Positions 56,436-64,000 of a DNA stretch of 64,000 nucleotides are shown one piece after another (position 1 is the first letter of the stretch; every line of letters starts with the position of its first letter). The stretch spans positions 1,490-65,489 of the forward strand of contig JAZKIP010000009.1 in NCBI GenBank assembly GCA_040384805.1, read 5' to 3'. The position numbers were made by a program, and so were the translations under genes. The DNA is from Patescibacteria group bacterium. Lineage in GTDB: Bacteria; Patescibacteriota; Minisyncoccia; Phycocordibacterales; UBA9973. Under the pieces are notes generated by a model that saw nothing but the letters and a program-made list of their open reading frames with translations, did no database searches and was not told where the DNA came from.

Positions 56436-56804
56436 ATGGGTGATAATTCTTTTTTGGGCGGAAATAAGGAAAATAAAAGCGAGTACTCTAGCAAGATACA
56501 AGAATGGCTTCAAGACTATGCCAATAATTTTATAGCTTTGCAGATGCATCATAATTTTTCAGGGATAGAGGGTGTAAGAAAAATAATAGCAAAACATCCA
56601 ATACCTGCAATTGAAGACTACAAGAAAACTTCTGCTCACGAGCCGCTAACTGATGAAGAGGCAAAGAATCCTGAACTTCTCAAACGGCTTTCGGAACTTG
56701 AAACACTAAGAAAAGAACTCTCAGAAAGTGAATCATTACCCGAGGATAGATTCATTGTAATTATGGATGAGGTTAGTGATATTGTAAGAAGAAAAGCTAG
56801 CTAA
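56436..56804 (+). CDS. hypothetical protein
   Basis: ORF 56406..56804 overlapping the purB end; internal ATG 56436 preferred. No motif. Confidence 0.35.
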   Translation: MGDNSFLGGNKENKSEYSSKIQEWLQDYANNFIALQMHHNFSGIEGVRKIIAKHPIPAIEDYKKTSAHEPLTDEEAKNPELLKRLSELETLRKELSESESLPEDRFIVIMDEVSDIVRRKAS

Positions 56805-56870
56805 TTTTACATAAATAAATCCCGGATCTTGTATTATTGTGATTAAGTAATATGGTACTATACATGTATC

Positions 56871-57311
56871 ATGATCCTGATCGACAACAGAAAAGCCCAT
56901 TTCAACTATGAAATCATTGAAAAATATGAAGCAGGTATTGAGCTTTTCGGATTCGAGGTCAAATCGATCACAAGCGGCCGGGCAATCCTTCCGGGATCCT
57001 TTGCGATCGTCCGCGGCGGGGAAGCTTTCCTTGTCGGGATGCAGATACCACCCTATCAGGCAGGCAATACGCCTGCTGACTACGATCCCGAGCGTACGCG
57101 AAGGCTTCTTTTGAGCAAAAAGCAGATCGCTGAAATCGCTCCGTCGGACAATATGAAAGGCTTGACCCTTGTACCGCTTTCGCTGTATAGTAAGGGGCGC
57201 TTGATCAAGGTCGAGCTTGCTATCGTAAAGGGAAAGAAGAATTACGATAAAAGGGAGACGATCAAGAAGCGTGATACTGATCGCGAGATCAGGAGAGAAT
57301 ACAAGAGGTAA
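56871..57311 (+). CDS. smpB: SsrA-binding protein
   Basis: NRKAHFNYEIIEKYEAGIEL... SmpB signature. Confidence 0.9.
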   Translation: MILIDNRKAHFNYEIIEKYEAGIELFGFEVKSITSGRAILPGSFAIVRGGEAFLVGMQIPPYQAGNTPADYDPERTRRLLLSKKQIAEIAPSDNMKGLTLVPLSLYSKGRLIKVELAIVKGKKNYDKRETIKKRDTDREIRREYKR

Positions 57312-57420
57312 TTACCAATTACCAATGACGAATTACTGATTACGAATGGAGCCCGTATGGATTTCATTATTGATCGGTAATTAGTAATTCGTAATTAAAG
57401 TTTTCCTTGAAAATTTTATA

Positions 57421-57807
57421 GGGGGATGACGGGCTTCGACAGGAGATCGTCCTCATGTATGTGCGTGTCGAGTGCGAAGGTATCTCGTAAAACTACTTTC
57501 AAAAGACTACGTGCAAACAAAGTCGCTTCAGTAAAGTCACCATACACTGGTAACTTTGCTCTCGCATTCGCCTAATTTAGGTCATGTGAGTGTCTCTTAT
57601 ATAGACATCCGATATATACGAGAGGCATAACTTATCGGGTTACGGATCATGCCGTGTTCGCGCATGATCCCGACAATACAGAACTCAGCATGCGTTTGTT
57701 TTGCTTGTTCTCTAGAGCGTATGCTTAAACCGATCGAACAAGTTACACACGTAGACTCATATATGAACATCTTCTGCATGGCGGTTCAACTCCGCCCATC
57801 TCCACAA
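57421..57807 (+). ncRNA. ssrA: tmRNA (ssrA); predicted tag ANKVASVKSPYTGNFALAFA (57513..57572, stop TAA 57573..57575)
   Basis: 5' GGGGGATGACGGGCTTCGACAGG. 3' tRNA-like arm GCGGTTCAACTCCGCC-CATCTCC pairs with the 5' GGGGATG. The reading frame ends ...LAFA-stop like canonical tags. Located directly after smpB. Confidence 0.8.
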
Positions 57808-57810
57808 TAA

Positions 57811-57848
57811 AACTTCCCGCGAAAGCGGGATTTTTTATTGTGGAGATG
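57811..57848 (+). terminator. hairpin TCCCGC-GAAA-GCGGGA + T6, nested in a larger near-palindrome that includes the tmRNA 3' end and its inverted copy ATTGTGGAGATG
   Basis: Seen directly. Confidence 0.65.
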
Positions 57849-58216
57849 AATAAGCAAACTGCTTTGCTTATGTGGCGGAGATGAAGACCTTTTCCCTATG
57901 AGCGTACTCGCGAATGGAAAAGGCTAAAACCTTAATAGGTTTTAGAGTCGGAGGCTGATGAGCCGAGACGGGGTCGCGAACTTTTTCAACAGAAAAAGAT
58001 TTGTGACTACTGATCCTGTAAGGATCAACATGTGTAATCATGGTCCACCCATCTCCACAACCTTGACTTTCTTCTCATTTTATGCTATTGTCCTATCAAT
58101 GGTAGCACTTTGACACACTTTGATGAATTTTGCTGTGAGAACTATTTTCGCATCTGTTTTTAGATGTTCGATTAGTTTTCACAGTAAAAATTAAACTAAT
58201 CATCAAAAAATTAATT

Positions 58217-58501
58217 ATGAAAAAGAAGATTTTGAACATCTCAGTTGTCGCTATTATAGTGGCTGTAATATTTTCATTTTTTCAGAGCATCTACTGGGAA
58301 AAGGAGGCAGGCAAAATATTTTTAAAATCAGTTCCATTAAGGCAAATAATTAGCAGTGATATGAGGATAATTGATAATGCCGAAAGATTGGAAAAGATTA
58401 CAGGTCCTTTGATTGCTAAACTGGAAGAAATGAATAAAAAAATGGAAAGGCAAAAGAATAATGCCATCTTTTACAAATTGTTTGGTTGGGAAATATCATA
58501 A
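58217..58501 (+). CDS. small membrane-anchored hypothetical protein
   Basis: N-terminal TM helix, then a coiled-coil-like charged region. Lies in the AT-rich segment downstream of ssrA. Confidence 0.4.
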   Translation: MKKKILNISVVAIIVAVIFSFFQSIYWEKEAGKIFLKSVPLRQIISSDMRIIDNAERLEKITGPLIAKLEEMNKKMERQKNNAIFYKLFGWEIS

Positions 58502-58535
58502 GACACCATCCATGAAAATTATTTAGCCACCGGAA

Positions 58536-58566
58536 AAGCCACGCTTCTCCGGTGGCTTTTCTTTTT
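58536..58566 (+). terminator. hairpin GCCAC-GCTTCTCCG-GTGGC + T-run
   Basis: Seen directly after the small ORF. Confidence 0.5.
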
Positions 58567-58709
58567 ACCTCCCTAGATTTATATCACGTATCATTGACTT
58601 ATTCTATTTTTTATGTTATCATGCAAATGATATATAGCTCCTTGATATTTTTATTGGTTGAACAGAGAAGATCTCTACAGTCTTTTGCGTTCAACCAATA
58701 ATAAACAAA

Positions 58710-59489
58710 ATGAAGAAAACAATCTTTTTTGCGGTGATTTTTTTCATTGCCACACTTGTTCAGGGTCAAACCTCTTTGCAAAAAACGTCCGAGCAATTTC
58801 GGAATGGAAAATCAGTCTGGGATTTATTAAGCGATGATGAAAAGATAGGCGAATTCTGGCCTATTAATGGGCTTAACCTGGTAACTAAAGAAACTGACCC
58901 TGATATTTTTTCTCACCCCGACATCACGGCAATCCAGGCAAGTTTACGTGGCATTGCCACTGCGCCGGACGGAATGACAGCCGGCTCTCTCGGGTCTTAC
59001 CGCATGGAAGGCAAGTCACTTTCTCATGGCCGCCCTTGTGGCGATGGTTTCGTCTATCAGTATGGAATTGTGTGCGTAAGTCCGAATGGATACTCTATCC
59101 AGTTTACCCATGCAAATGAAGTGAAAAATTTTGATTCTCTGTATGCCCATTATCAGCAGATCGGAGCCACTTTATTTTTCCTGCCGAGTATTTTTCGTAA
59201 CGGGAATTTTCTTTCATCTGAGAAGATGATCGACAAAGTACTTGTACGAAGAACAACCTACGATGGTGAACAAATAGGAGTTATCCTGTTTGATCAACCA
59301 ACAACGTGCAACAAGGCACGGGAGATTATCTTAGGCTTAGACAGGCCCGGCAGATCTCAAACAACACATATCTATGTTTTAGACGGGGGACCGGCTTGGG
59401 GACAAGCTTGCAAGGAGACAAATGGAACTGTCACGGTACTGGGAACGCGCGATCCTCGCGTCGTGACCAACTATTTGGTTTTCTATTAA
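58710..59489 (+). CDS. secreted hypothetical protein (signal peptide; weak, unverified resemblance to phosphodiester glycosidase/DUF2233)
   Basis: Signal peptide MKKTIFFAVIFFIATLVQG. Preceded by the 11-bp inverted repeat ATTGGTTGAAC...GTTCAACCAAT. Confidence 0.5.
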   Translation: MKKTIFFAVIFFIATLVQGQTSLQKTSEQFRNGKSVWDLLSDDEKIGEFWPINGLNLVTKETDPDIFSHPDITAIQASLRGIATAPDGMTAGSLGSYRMEGKSLSHGRPCGDGFVYQYGIVCVSPNGYSIQFTHANEVKNFDSLYAHYQQIGATLFFLPSIFRNGNFLSSEKMIDKVLVRRTTYDGEQIGVILFDQPTTCNKAREIILGLDRPGRSQTTHIYVLDGGPAWGQACKETNGTVTVLGTRDPRVVTNYLVFY

Positions 59490-59597
59490 AAAGATTTAAA
59501 ACAAGAAGTTCAATGGACCTGTCGAAATGACGGGTCCTTTTACATTGAGTTATTCTAAAACTACTCTTAATTTTATTTACCCCCTCTTTCATGTATA

Positions 59598-61496
59598 ATG
59601 CCCAATATGGATAAAAACAAAAAACAGTCAAAACAACCGAAACCCCCGCGAATTGGCAACCAGATTTTTGTTGCTCTTATGATATTTATAAGCATTACAA
59701 TTATTTATTCCTTTATTGCACGGCCCGCTGAAGATATTGAGAATCTCACGATCGCAGGCGTGGCTCAAAGCATCACTGAAGGTACGGTGGAGAAAATCGA
59801 AGTCGCGGGAAGCGATGTAACGGTTTACTTTCTCGATCAGAGAAAAGGCATTGCCAAGAAAGAAGTGGAAAGCTCCCTGTCTGAAACGCTCTCTCATTAT
59901 GGTGTCACTCCGGAGAAACTTGCCGCAGCTCCAATTGAAATAAAAGATGAAACAGGATTTACGTACTGGCTCCTTAATATCTTGCCGTTTCTCCTGCCGA
60001 TTGTGATCGTCGGATTCTTCATCTGGATGCTCACGCGCCAGGTCAAAGGCGCAGGCATGCAGGCATTCACCTTCGGACAGTCAAAGGCGCGCATAACGGA
60101 CCCCAATGACAAAAATAACCGGGTGACATTCAAGGATGTGGCCGGGGCGAAAGAAGCCAAAGAAGAATTGAAGGAGATCGTCGATTTTCTTCGCAATCCG
60201 AAAAAATTCCTCGACATCGGAGCACAGATTCCCAAGGGAGTTCTTTTAGCTGGAGCACCCGGTACGGGAAAGACCCTTCTTGCACGCGCTGTTGCCGGAG
60301 AAGCGGGGGTACCGTTCTTTCATCTCTCAGGTTCCGAGTTCGTCGAGATGTTCGTCGGCGTCGGAGCGTCACGCGTACGAGATCTTTTTAAGATGGCCAA
60401 GAAAGCTGCGCCCGCGATCGTTTTCATCGATGAGATTGACGCCGTCGGCCGCGTTCGCGGTACGGGCGTCGGTGGCGGCAATGACGAGCGCGAGCAGACT
60501 CTCAATCAGATCCTCGTCGAGATGGATGGATTCGAGCCTAATGAAAAAGTGATCGTCATGGCAGCCACTAACCGCTCCGACGTCCTTGATCCGGCACTGC
60601 TGCGTCCTGGCCGCTTTGATCGTCGGGTAATGCTTGATCTCCCTGACCGTTCCGATCGAGAAGAAATCCTTACGATCCATGCCCGCAAGAAGCCTTTCGC
60701 TGAAGATGTGAATCTTAAAGTCGTAGCAGAGCGAACGCCCGGATTCTCGGGAGCGGATCTCTATTCTCTTATGAACGAAGCGGCAATTTTGGCTGCACGC
60801 GAGGATCGTAAGAAAGTCGCTCAGTTTGACCTCATCCGTTCGATTGAAAAAGTGATGATGGGTCCCGAGCGCAAGAGCCATCTTCTTTCGACAAAGGAAA
60901 AAGAAATCACGGCGTATCACGAAGCGGGGCATGCTCTTGTCGCATCGGTCTTGCCATATGCCGATCCGGTTCACAAAGTTTCGATTGTTTCGCGCGGCCG
61001 CGCAGGAGGCTATACGCTTAAATTGCCCCTCGAGGAGCGCAGGCTCCAGAGCAAAAAAGAATTTATCGACGATATCGCGATGGCTATGGGAGGATACGCG
61101 GCAGAAAAGATCGTTTTCGGAGATATCACAACCGGACCGTCCAATGATCTTCAGGTCGCGACAAATCTCGCCCGTGCTATGGTTACTCGCTGGGGAATGA
61201 GCGATGAGATCGGGCCGGTCGCTATTGATTCGGACGGAGGAAAAACAATGTTCGGCGAAGGAGTCGGGGACAGTGATATTTCCGATGCGACGGCTACGAA
61301 AGTCGGCGTCGAGGTCAAGAAGATCCTCGATGCGGCCCTCAAGACAGCGGAACGCGTCATTAACGAGAAGCGCGCGACTCTCGATGCCATTGCTCGGAAA
61401 TTGATCGAAGTTGAGACTCTCGAGCAGAATGAATACAACCAGATCATAATTGCTAATGGAATCACCCCGAAGACAAAAGAGGGTGTGCAAGGATAA
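59598..61496 (+). CDS. ftsH: ATP-dependent zinc metalloprotease FtsH
   Basis: N-terminal TM, AAA module [25 protein letters not shown], and zinc motif HEAGHALV. Confidence 0.95.
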   Translation: MPNMDKNKKQSKQPKPPRIGNQIFVALMIFISITIIYSFIARPAEDIENLTIAGVAQSITEGTVEKIEVAGSDVTVYFLDQRKGIAKKEVESSLSETLSHYGVTPEKLAAAPIEIKDETGFTYWLLNILPFLLPIVIVGFFIWMLTRQVKGAGMQAFTFGQSKARITDPNDKNNRVTFKDVAGAKEAKEELKEIVDFLRNPKKFLDIGAQIPKGVLLAGAPGTGKTLLARAVAGEAGVPFFHLSGSEFVEMFVGVGASRVRDLFKMAKKAAPAIVFIDEIDAVGRVRGTGVGGGNDEREQTLNQILVEMDGFEPNEKVIVMAATNRSDVLDPALLRPGRFDRRVMLDLPDRSDREEILTIHARKKPFAEDVNLKVVAERTPGFSGADLYSLMNEAAILAAREDRKKVAQFDLIRSIEKVMMGPERKSHLLSTKEKEITAYHEAGHALVASVLPYADPVHKVSIVSRGRAGGYTLKLPLEERRLQSKKEFIDDIAMAMGGYAAEKIVFGDITTGPSNDLQVATNLARAMVTRWGMSDEIGPVAIDSDGGKTMFGEGVGDSDISDATATKVGVEVKKILDAALKTAERVINEKRATLDAIARKLIEVETLEQNEYNQIIIANGITPKTKEGVQG

Positions 61497-61948
61497 TATA
61501 TGAAATCGCGGTTTTTAGCCTGCAGCCAATAGGCAGAGGAACATATTTTCTGGGGTATATATATCATACTTATGATCATGTCCGTGGCGTCCGGCATTAC
61601 GACGGTCTCTACTGGTATGTCCTCTCTGGGTGAGTTTCGATTCCATCCTGTTTCTCTCCTTTTACCTTTGCTGCTTTTGTATGGGATTATAAGCGTTTGG
61701 CGGATATTTCCAAGAATCCGTTTCTTCTCCTGCTCCTCCTTCTCCCTATCGCAAGTTTTTTTGAAGTTATATCAGCCAAAGACATTATGTCCTTTATCGA
61801 GTCTGATATAACGGTCCTTGATATCGCAACCGTGGCATTTTCCCTGTTCCTTATTTTTAAGAAAAGGGAAAAACATGCTCCCGAAGAGCGTATTGTTCGA
61901 AAAGACTAGAAGTTATATAATGTATATTATTATATATTCACATAGATT

Positions 61949-62158
61949 ATGTCCCACATCAAAAAAATCGCCGTTTATATTCTTATTGCTTCTGTTTCTA
62001 TTCTGACCCTTGTTGCTATTTTGTCCGTCTGGGATGTCTTCTCAGATGACGTCTTGTGGAAGTCGATCTCAACGATTGGCATTGTCGCCTTTGGTGCTTT
62101 GATCGTCATTATCGTAAGTCAGGTGTTCGATCATAAAGAAAATCATCCGGAAATATAA
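61949..62158 (+). CDS. small two-TM membrane protein
   Basis: Hydrophobicity only. Confidence 0.35.
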   Translation: MSHIKKIAVYILIASVSILTLVAILSVWDVFSDDVLWKSISTIGIVAFGALIVIIVSQVFDHKENHPEI

Positions 62159-62162
62159 TAAT

Positions 62163-62603
62163 ATGAACTCACCCATCTTAAAACCGATCCGCAGACGCAC
62201 GTATGTCGTAGGACTCCTTGTTTTTGCTCTCATAAGCATGATATTCGGCCTTGGCATGTTCGTCACTCGCGGACCCCAGATTGCCGGAGGAACCCTTTCC
62301 TTTTTCTTGATTCTTGCCGTCCTGAGGCTCATATGGGATTACAAGCGCATCAAAGATATTTCGTTAAATCCCACCTATCTCCTCCTTCTCTTGATCCCTA
62401 TCGTCGGGAACCTCGTAAATCTGATCCGATGGCGGCCGGAAGGAGAGTTTTATCCGGGGACAGGAATAGAAATGATCATATTTGTGATAGTTTTTGGAAT
62501 TATAAGCCTCATCTATACTCTTTTCCTTATATTCAAAAAAGGCGCTATGCGGAGAATCCCTCCAAAAGGAAAAGAGATAGAAAACTTTCAGAAGCCTGCT
62601 TAA
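62163..62603 (+). CDS. multi-TM membrane protein, function unknown
   Basis: Four predicted TM helices; follows the previous ORF after 4 nt. Confidence 0.4.
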   Translation: MNSPILKPIRRRTYVVGLLVFALISMIFGLGMFVTRGPQIAGGTLSFFLILAVLRLIWDYKRIKDISLNPTYLLLLLIPIVGNLVNLIRWRPEGEFYPGTGIEMIIFVIVFGIISLIYTLFLIFKKGAMRRIPPKGKEIENFQKPA

Positions 62604-62610
62604 TCCTAAG

Positions 62611-62652
62611 GCAAATGAAAAGATCCCTTACGTAAGGGATCTTTTCATTTGC
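62611..62652. terminator. 42-bp perfect palindrome GCAAATGAAAAGATCCCTTA-CG-TAAGGGATCTTTTCATTTGC
   Basis: Verified by hand. Confidence 0.7.
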
Positions 62653-62689
62653 ATGTCAGGCTTATTTTGGGTAGTATTGCAATATATAT

Positions 62690-62763
62690 CCACCCTTAGC
62701 TCAGTTGGTTAGAGCACAGAGCTTATACCTCTGGGGTCCTTGGTTCGAATCCAAGAGGGTGGA
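62690..62763 (+). tRNA. tRNA-Ile (anticodon UAU), no encoded CCA
   Basis: Cloverleaf: acceptor CCACCCT/AGGGTGG, D-arm GCTC-AGTTGGTTA-GAGC, anticodon stem CAGAG/CTCTG with loop CTTATAC, T-arm CTTGG-TTCGAAT-CCAAG, discriminator A. Confidence 0.8.
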
Positions 62764-62804
62764 CACTTTAAAAAACAAGCTAAACCTTGTTTTTTAAAGT
62801 GTCC
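62761..62804 (+). terminator. 44-bp palindrome GGACACTTTAAAAAACAAG-CTAAAC-CTTGTTTTTTAAAGTGTCC overlapping the tRNA 3' end
   Basis: 19-bp perfect arms. Confidence 0.65.
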
Positions 62805-62814
62805 AAGCCGGAGG

Positions 62815-62837
62815 CCGACGGGCCGAGGCCGGGTCGG
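62815..62837 (+). repeat. GC-rich quasi-palindrome CCGACGGGCCGAGGCCGGGTCGG (CCGAC..GTCGG family) in AT-rich surroundings
   Basis: Seen directly; followed at 62914..62932 by a C8 T9 homopolymer pair. Confidence 0.5.
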
Positions 62838-62957
62838 GCAAATTTTTAGCAGAAAATTATGCCTGACGACACCAAAACAATATTAAAACTCCTTAATGTA
62901 AAGGAGAAAAAGCAGACCCCCCCCTTTTTTTTCTTTTAAAGTAAAAATCATGTGGTA

Positions 62958-62986
62958 TTGACAAATTTTGAACTTCGTGATAGAAT
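62958..62986 (+). promoter_or_regulatory. promoter TTGACA-N17-TAGAAT
   Basis: Near-consensus hexamers with 17-bp spacing, 90 nt upstream of the 63077 gene. Confidence 0.6.
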
Positions 62987-63076
62987 TTAAGAAGTAACAT
63001 TAAAATACATTCTTTTCTTTCTTGTAAAGTTGTATAATAAAAGTATTATTTTTTAAAGCCTATAAAAGGAAATAGT

Positions 63077-63367
63077 ATGAAAGACTTAAATCAGTTTATT
63101 GATAAGCTCATTGAAGAGAAAGGTTTTGACGAGAAAGACCCAGAAGTTCTAGAGCAAATCAAGACAGATCTCATAAGCCATCTTGAAGACCGCATTGATG
63201 CGATGGTACTTAATAATATAAAAGAAGAAGACTTGCCTGCTTTTGAAAAAGCTCTTGATTCGAACAATAAGGAAGAAATTGAGAAATTTACCCTTGAGCA
63301 CATCCCCGACATTAATGAAAAAGTCGCCAACGAAATGTTAAACTTTAGAAATATTTATTTAGGCTAG
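63077..63367 (+). CDS. small acidic hypothetical protein
   Basis: ORF with a strong upstream promoter; no motif. Confidence 0.4.
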   Translation: MKDLNQFIDKLIEEKGFDEKDPEVLEQIKTDLISHLEDRIDAMVLNNIKEEDLPAFEKALDSNNKEEIEKFTLEHIPDINEKVANEMLNFRNIYLG

Positions 63368-63371
63368 ACAT

Positions 63372-64000
63372 ATGGATAAAAAGATTTTCAAAGCAGCTAT
63401 TGTTGATACTACCCGTCTTGTCGAAGCGGAAGCCCGCGATGTGGCCGACCACAGGATGACTGAAAACAATGCCGATCGTTCTAACAAAAGTTTGATGTCT
63501 CGGATTTCCAGAACAATAAAACGGATTTGGACACATAATATTGCCCTAGAATACAATCGTCAAAAAGAAATAAAGAAAGTAAGAGGAGAGATATTAAAAA
63601 GCGGCAATTTATACATAGGCGAAGAGGACGCCGCGCAGAAAAGTGACGAAGCGATGAAGGCCATCGTTGAGCGCTTTACAAGTGAATTCGAATACGATCT
63701 ACTCCGTCAAGAAGAAAAAGACTCTAAAACACCGGCACATCGGGCCTTGAATGCCGAAATAGAAGATTTGATAAGAGATTTTGCTTCAGCGGTGGGACCT
63801 TTGGATAAGAGTGCTTTTGAAGCCGAAAAGAAAGACATAATCTCAAAGTACGACCCAAGTTATGGAAGCGAAGCAAAAATGCACGCTGATAACCTCTTTG
63901 AAATTCTCCAAGAAGTCCGCGATGCGATTGATCACGGCCAAAAGCTCGAAGAGATGAATTTTGAAGTTGAAGTTACTCTAGCCGAGGCTCGTGAAAGCCT
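63372..64000 (+). CDS. hypothetical protein, N-terminal part (runs off window end)
   Basis: ATG at 63372, open through 64000. Charged/helical composition, no motif. Confidence 0.35.
   Translation, partial: MDKKIFKAAIVDTTRLVEAEARDVADHRMTENNADRSNKSLMSRISRTIKRIWTHNIALEYNRQKEIKKVRGEILKSGNLYIGEEDAAQKSDEAMKAIVERFTSEFEYDLLRQEEKDSKTPAHRALNAEIEDLIRDFASAVGPLDKSAFEAEKKDIISKYDPSYGSEAKMHADNLFEILQEVRDAIDHGQKLEEMNFEVEVTLAEARES

Noticed and set aside
57955-57990. CTGATGAG...GCGAAC resembling a hammerhead ribozyme core
   Set aside because: No proper stem II hairpin after CUGAUGA. The GAA lacks the third A of the GAAA box. No stem I/III pairing around a GUC site.
61572-61909. Two overlapping small ORFs between ftsH and 61949
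   Set aside because: Mutually exclusive frames with low-complexity hydrophobic translations. No promoter or terminator context distinguishes them.

Overview
This 64-kb window looks like a compact, largely single-strand bacterial chromosomal segment. It contains most of the S10-spc ribosomal protein supercluster, a pyrimidine gene pair and a near-complete de novo purine biosynthesis cluster, plus several accessory insertions. Most genes lack an obvious Shine-Dalgarno sequence and are packed with short intergenic hairpins. Several traits (no rpmD, no rpmC at its usual site, S14 type Z, trigger factor without a PPIase domain, an archaeal-type UMP kinase, tRNA-Ile(UAU)) point to a reduced, Patescibacteria/CPR-like organism; that placement is inference only.

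Gene content in order:
- 1-2400: a glycan-modification pair (GT8 glycosyltransferase and PIG-L deacetylase).
- 2448-7863, minus strand: tig-clpP, a HigB/Gp49-like toxin with an HTH-XRE antitoxin, ppa and nusA.
- 8290-12662: a lipoprotein and two large secreted proteins; the second has a PKD domain, a collagen-like PGEPGQ repeat and a MopE-like metal-binding motif.
- 12865-17209: tuf-rpsJ-rplC-rplD-rplW-rplB.
- 17261-20972: a roughly 3.9-kb interruption carrying dgkA, a DUF2061 protein, pyrF, pyrE and a barrel-less amidohydrolase remnant.
- 21188-31172: rpsS through rplO, then secY, adk, an archaeal-type UMP kinase and map.
- 31230-38864: where infA/rpoA would normally follow, a VirB2-like pilin and a 910-aa VirB4-like ATPase, translationally coupled to a CYTH enzyme, then ndk, an HD hydrolase, a beta-CASP RNase and a SLOG protein.
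- 38902-42449: rplT-rpmI-infC on the minus strand, then truB, a YvcK-like protein and a HAD hydrolase.
- 42548-56422: purL, purQ, purF, purN, purD, purK, purE, purM, purC and purB; purH is not in the window.
- 56871-64000: smpB, tmRNA, a short AT-rich island, ftsH and a tRNA-Ile(UAU).

Non-coding structure is unusually rich:
- An identical 32-bp promoter precedes both tuf and rpsS.
- A TGcTAGTAT extended -10 motif recurs upstream of many genes; several transcripts look leaderless.
- A perfect 180-bp direct repeat flanks rplX inside the spc operon.
- Three small palindrome families (CCTGCCTGCCGGCAGGCAGG, CCGAC..GTCGG, CCCGTTAG..CTAACGGG) recur at gene ends.
- A roughly 90-bp repeat occurs three times in the pur cluster.
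- There are 42-50-bp perfect palindromic terminators, a stand-alone 44-bp perfect palindrome, tandem DnaA boxes, and att-like direct repeats at the tmRNA 3' end.

No CRISPR array or rRNA gene was seen.
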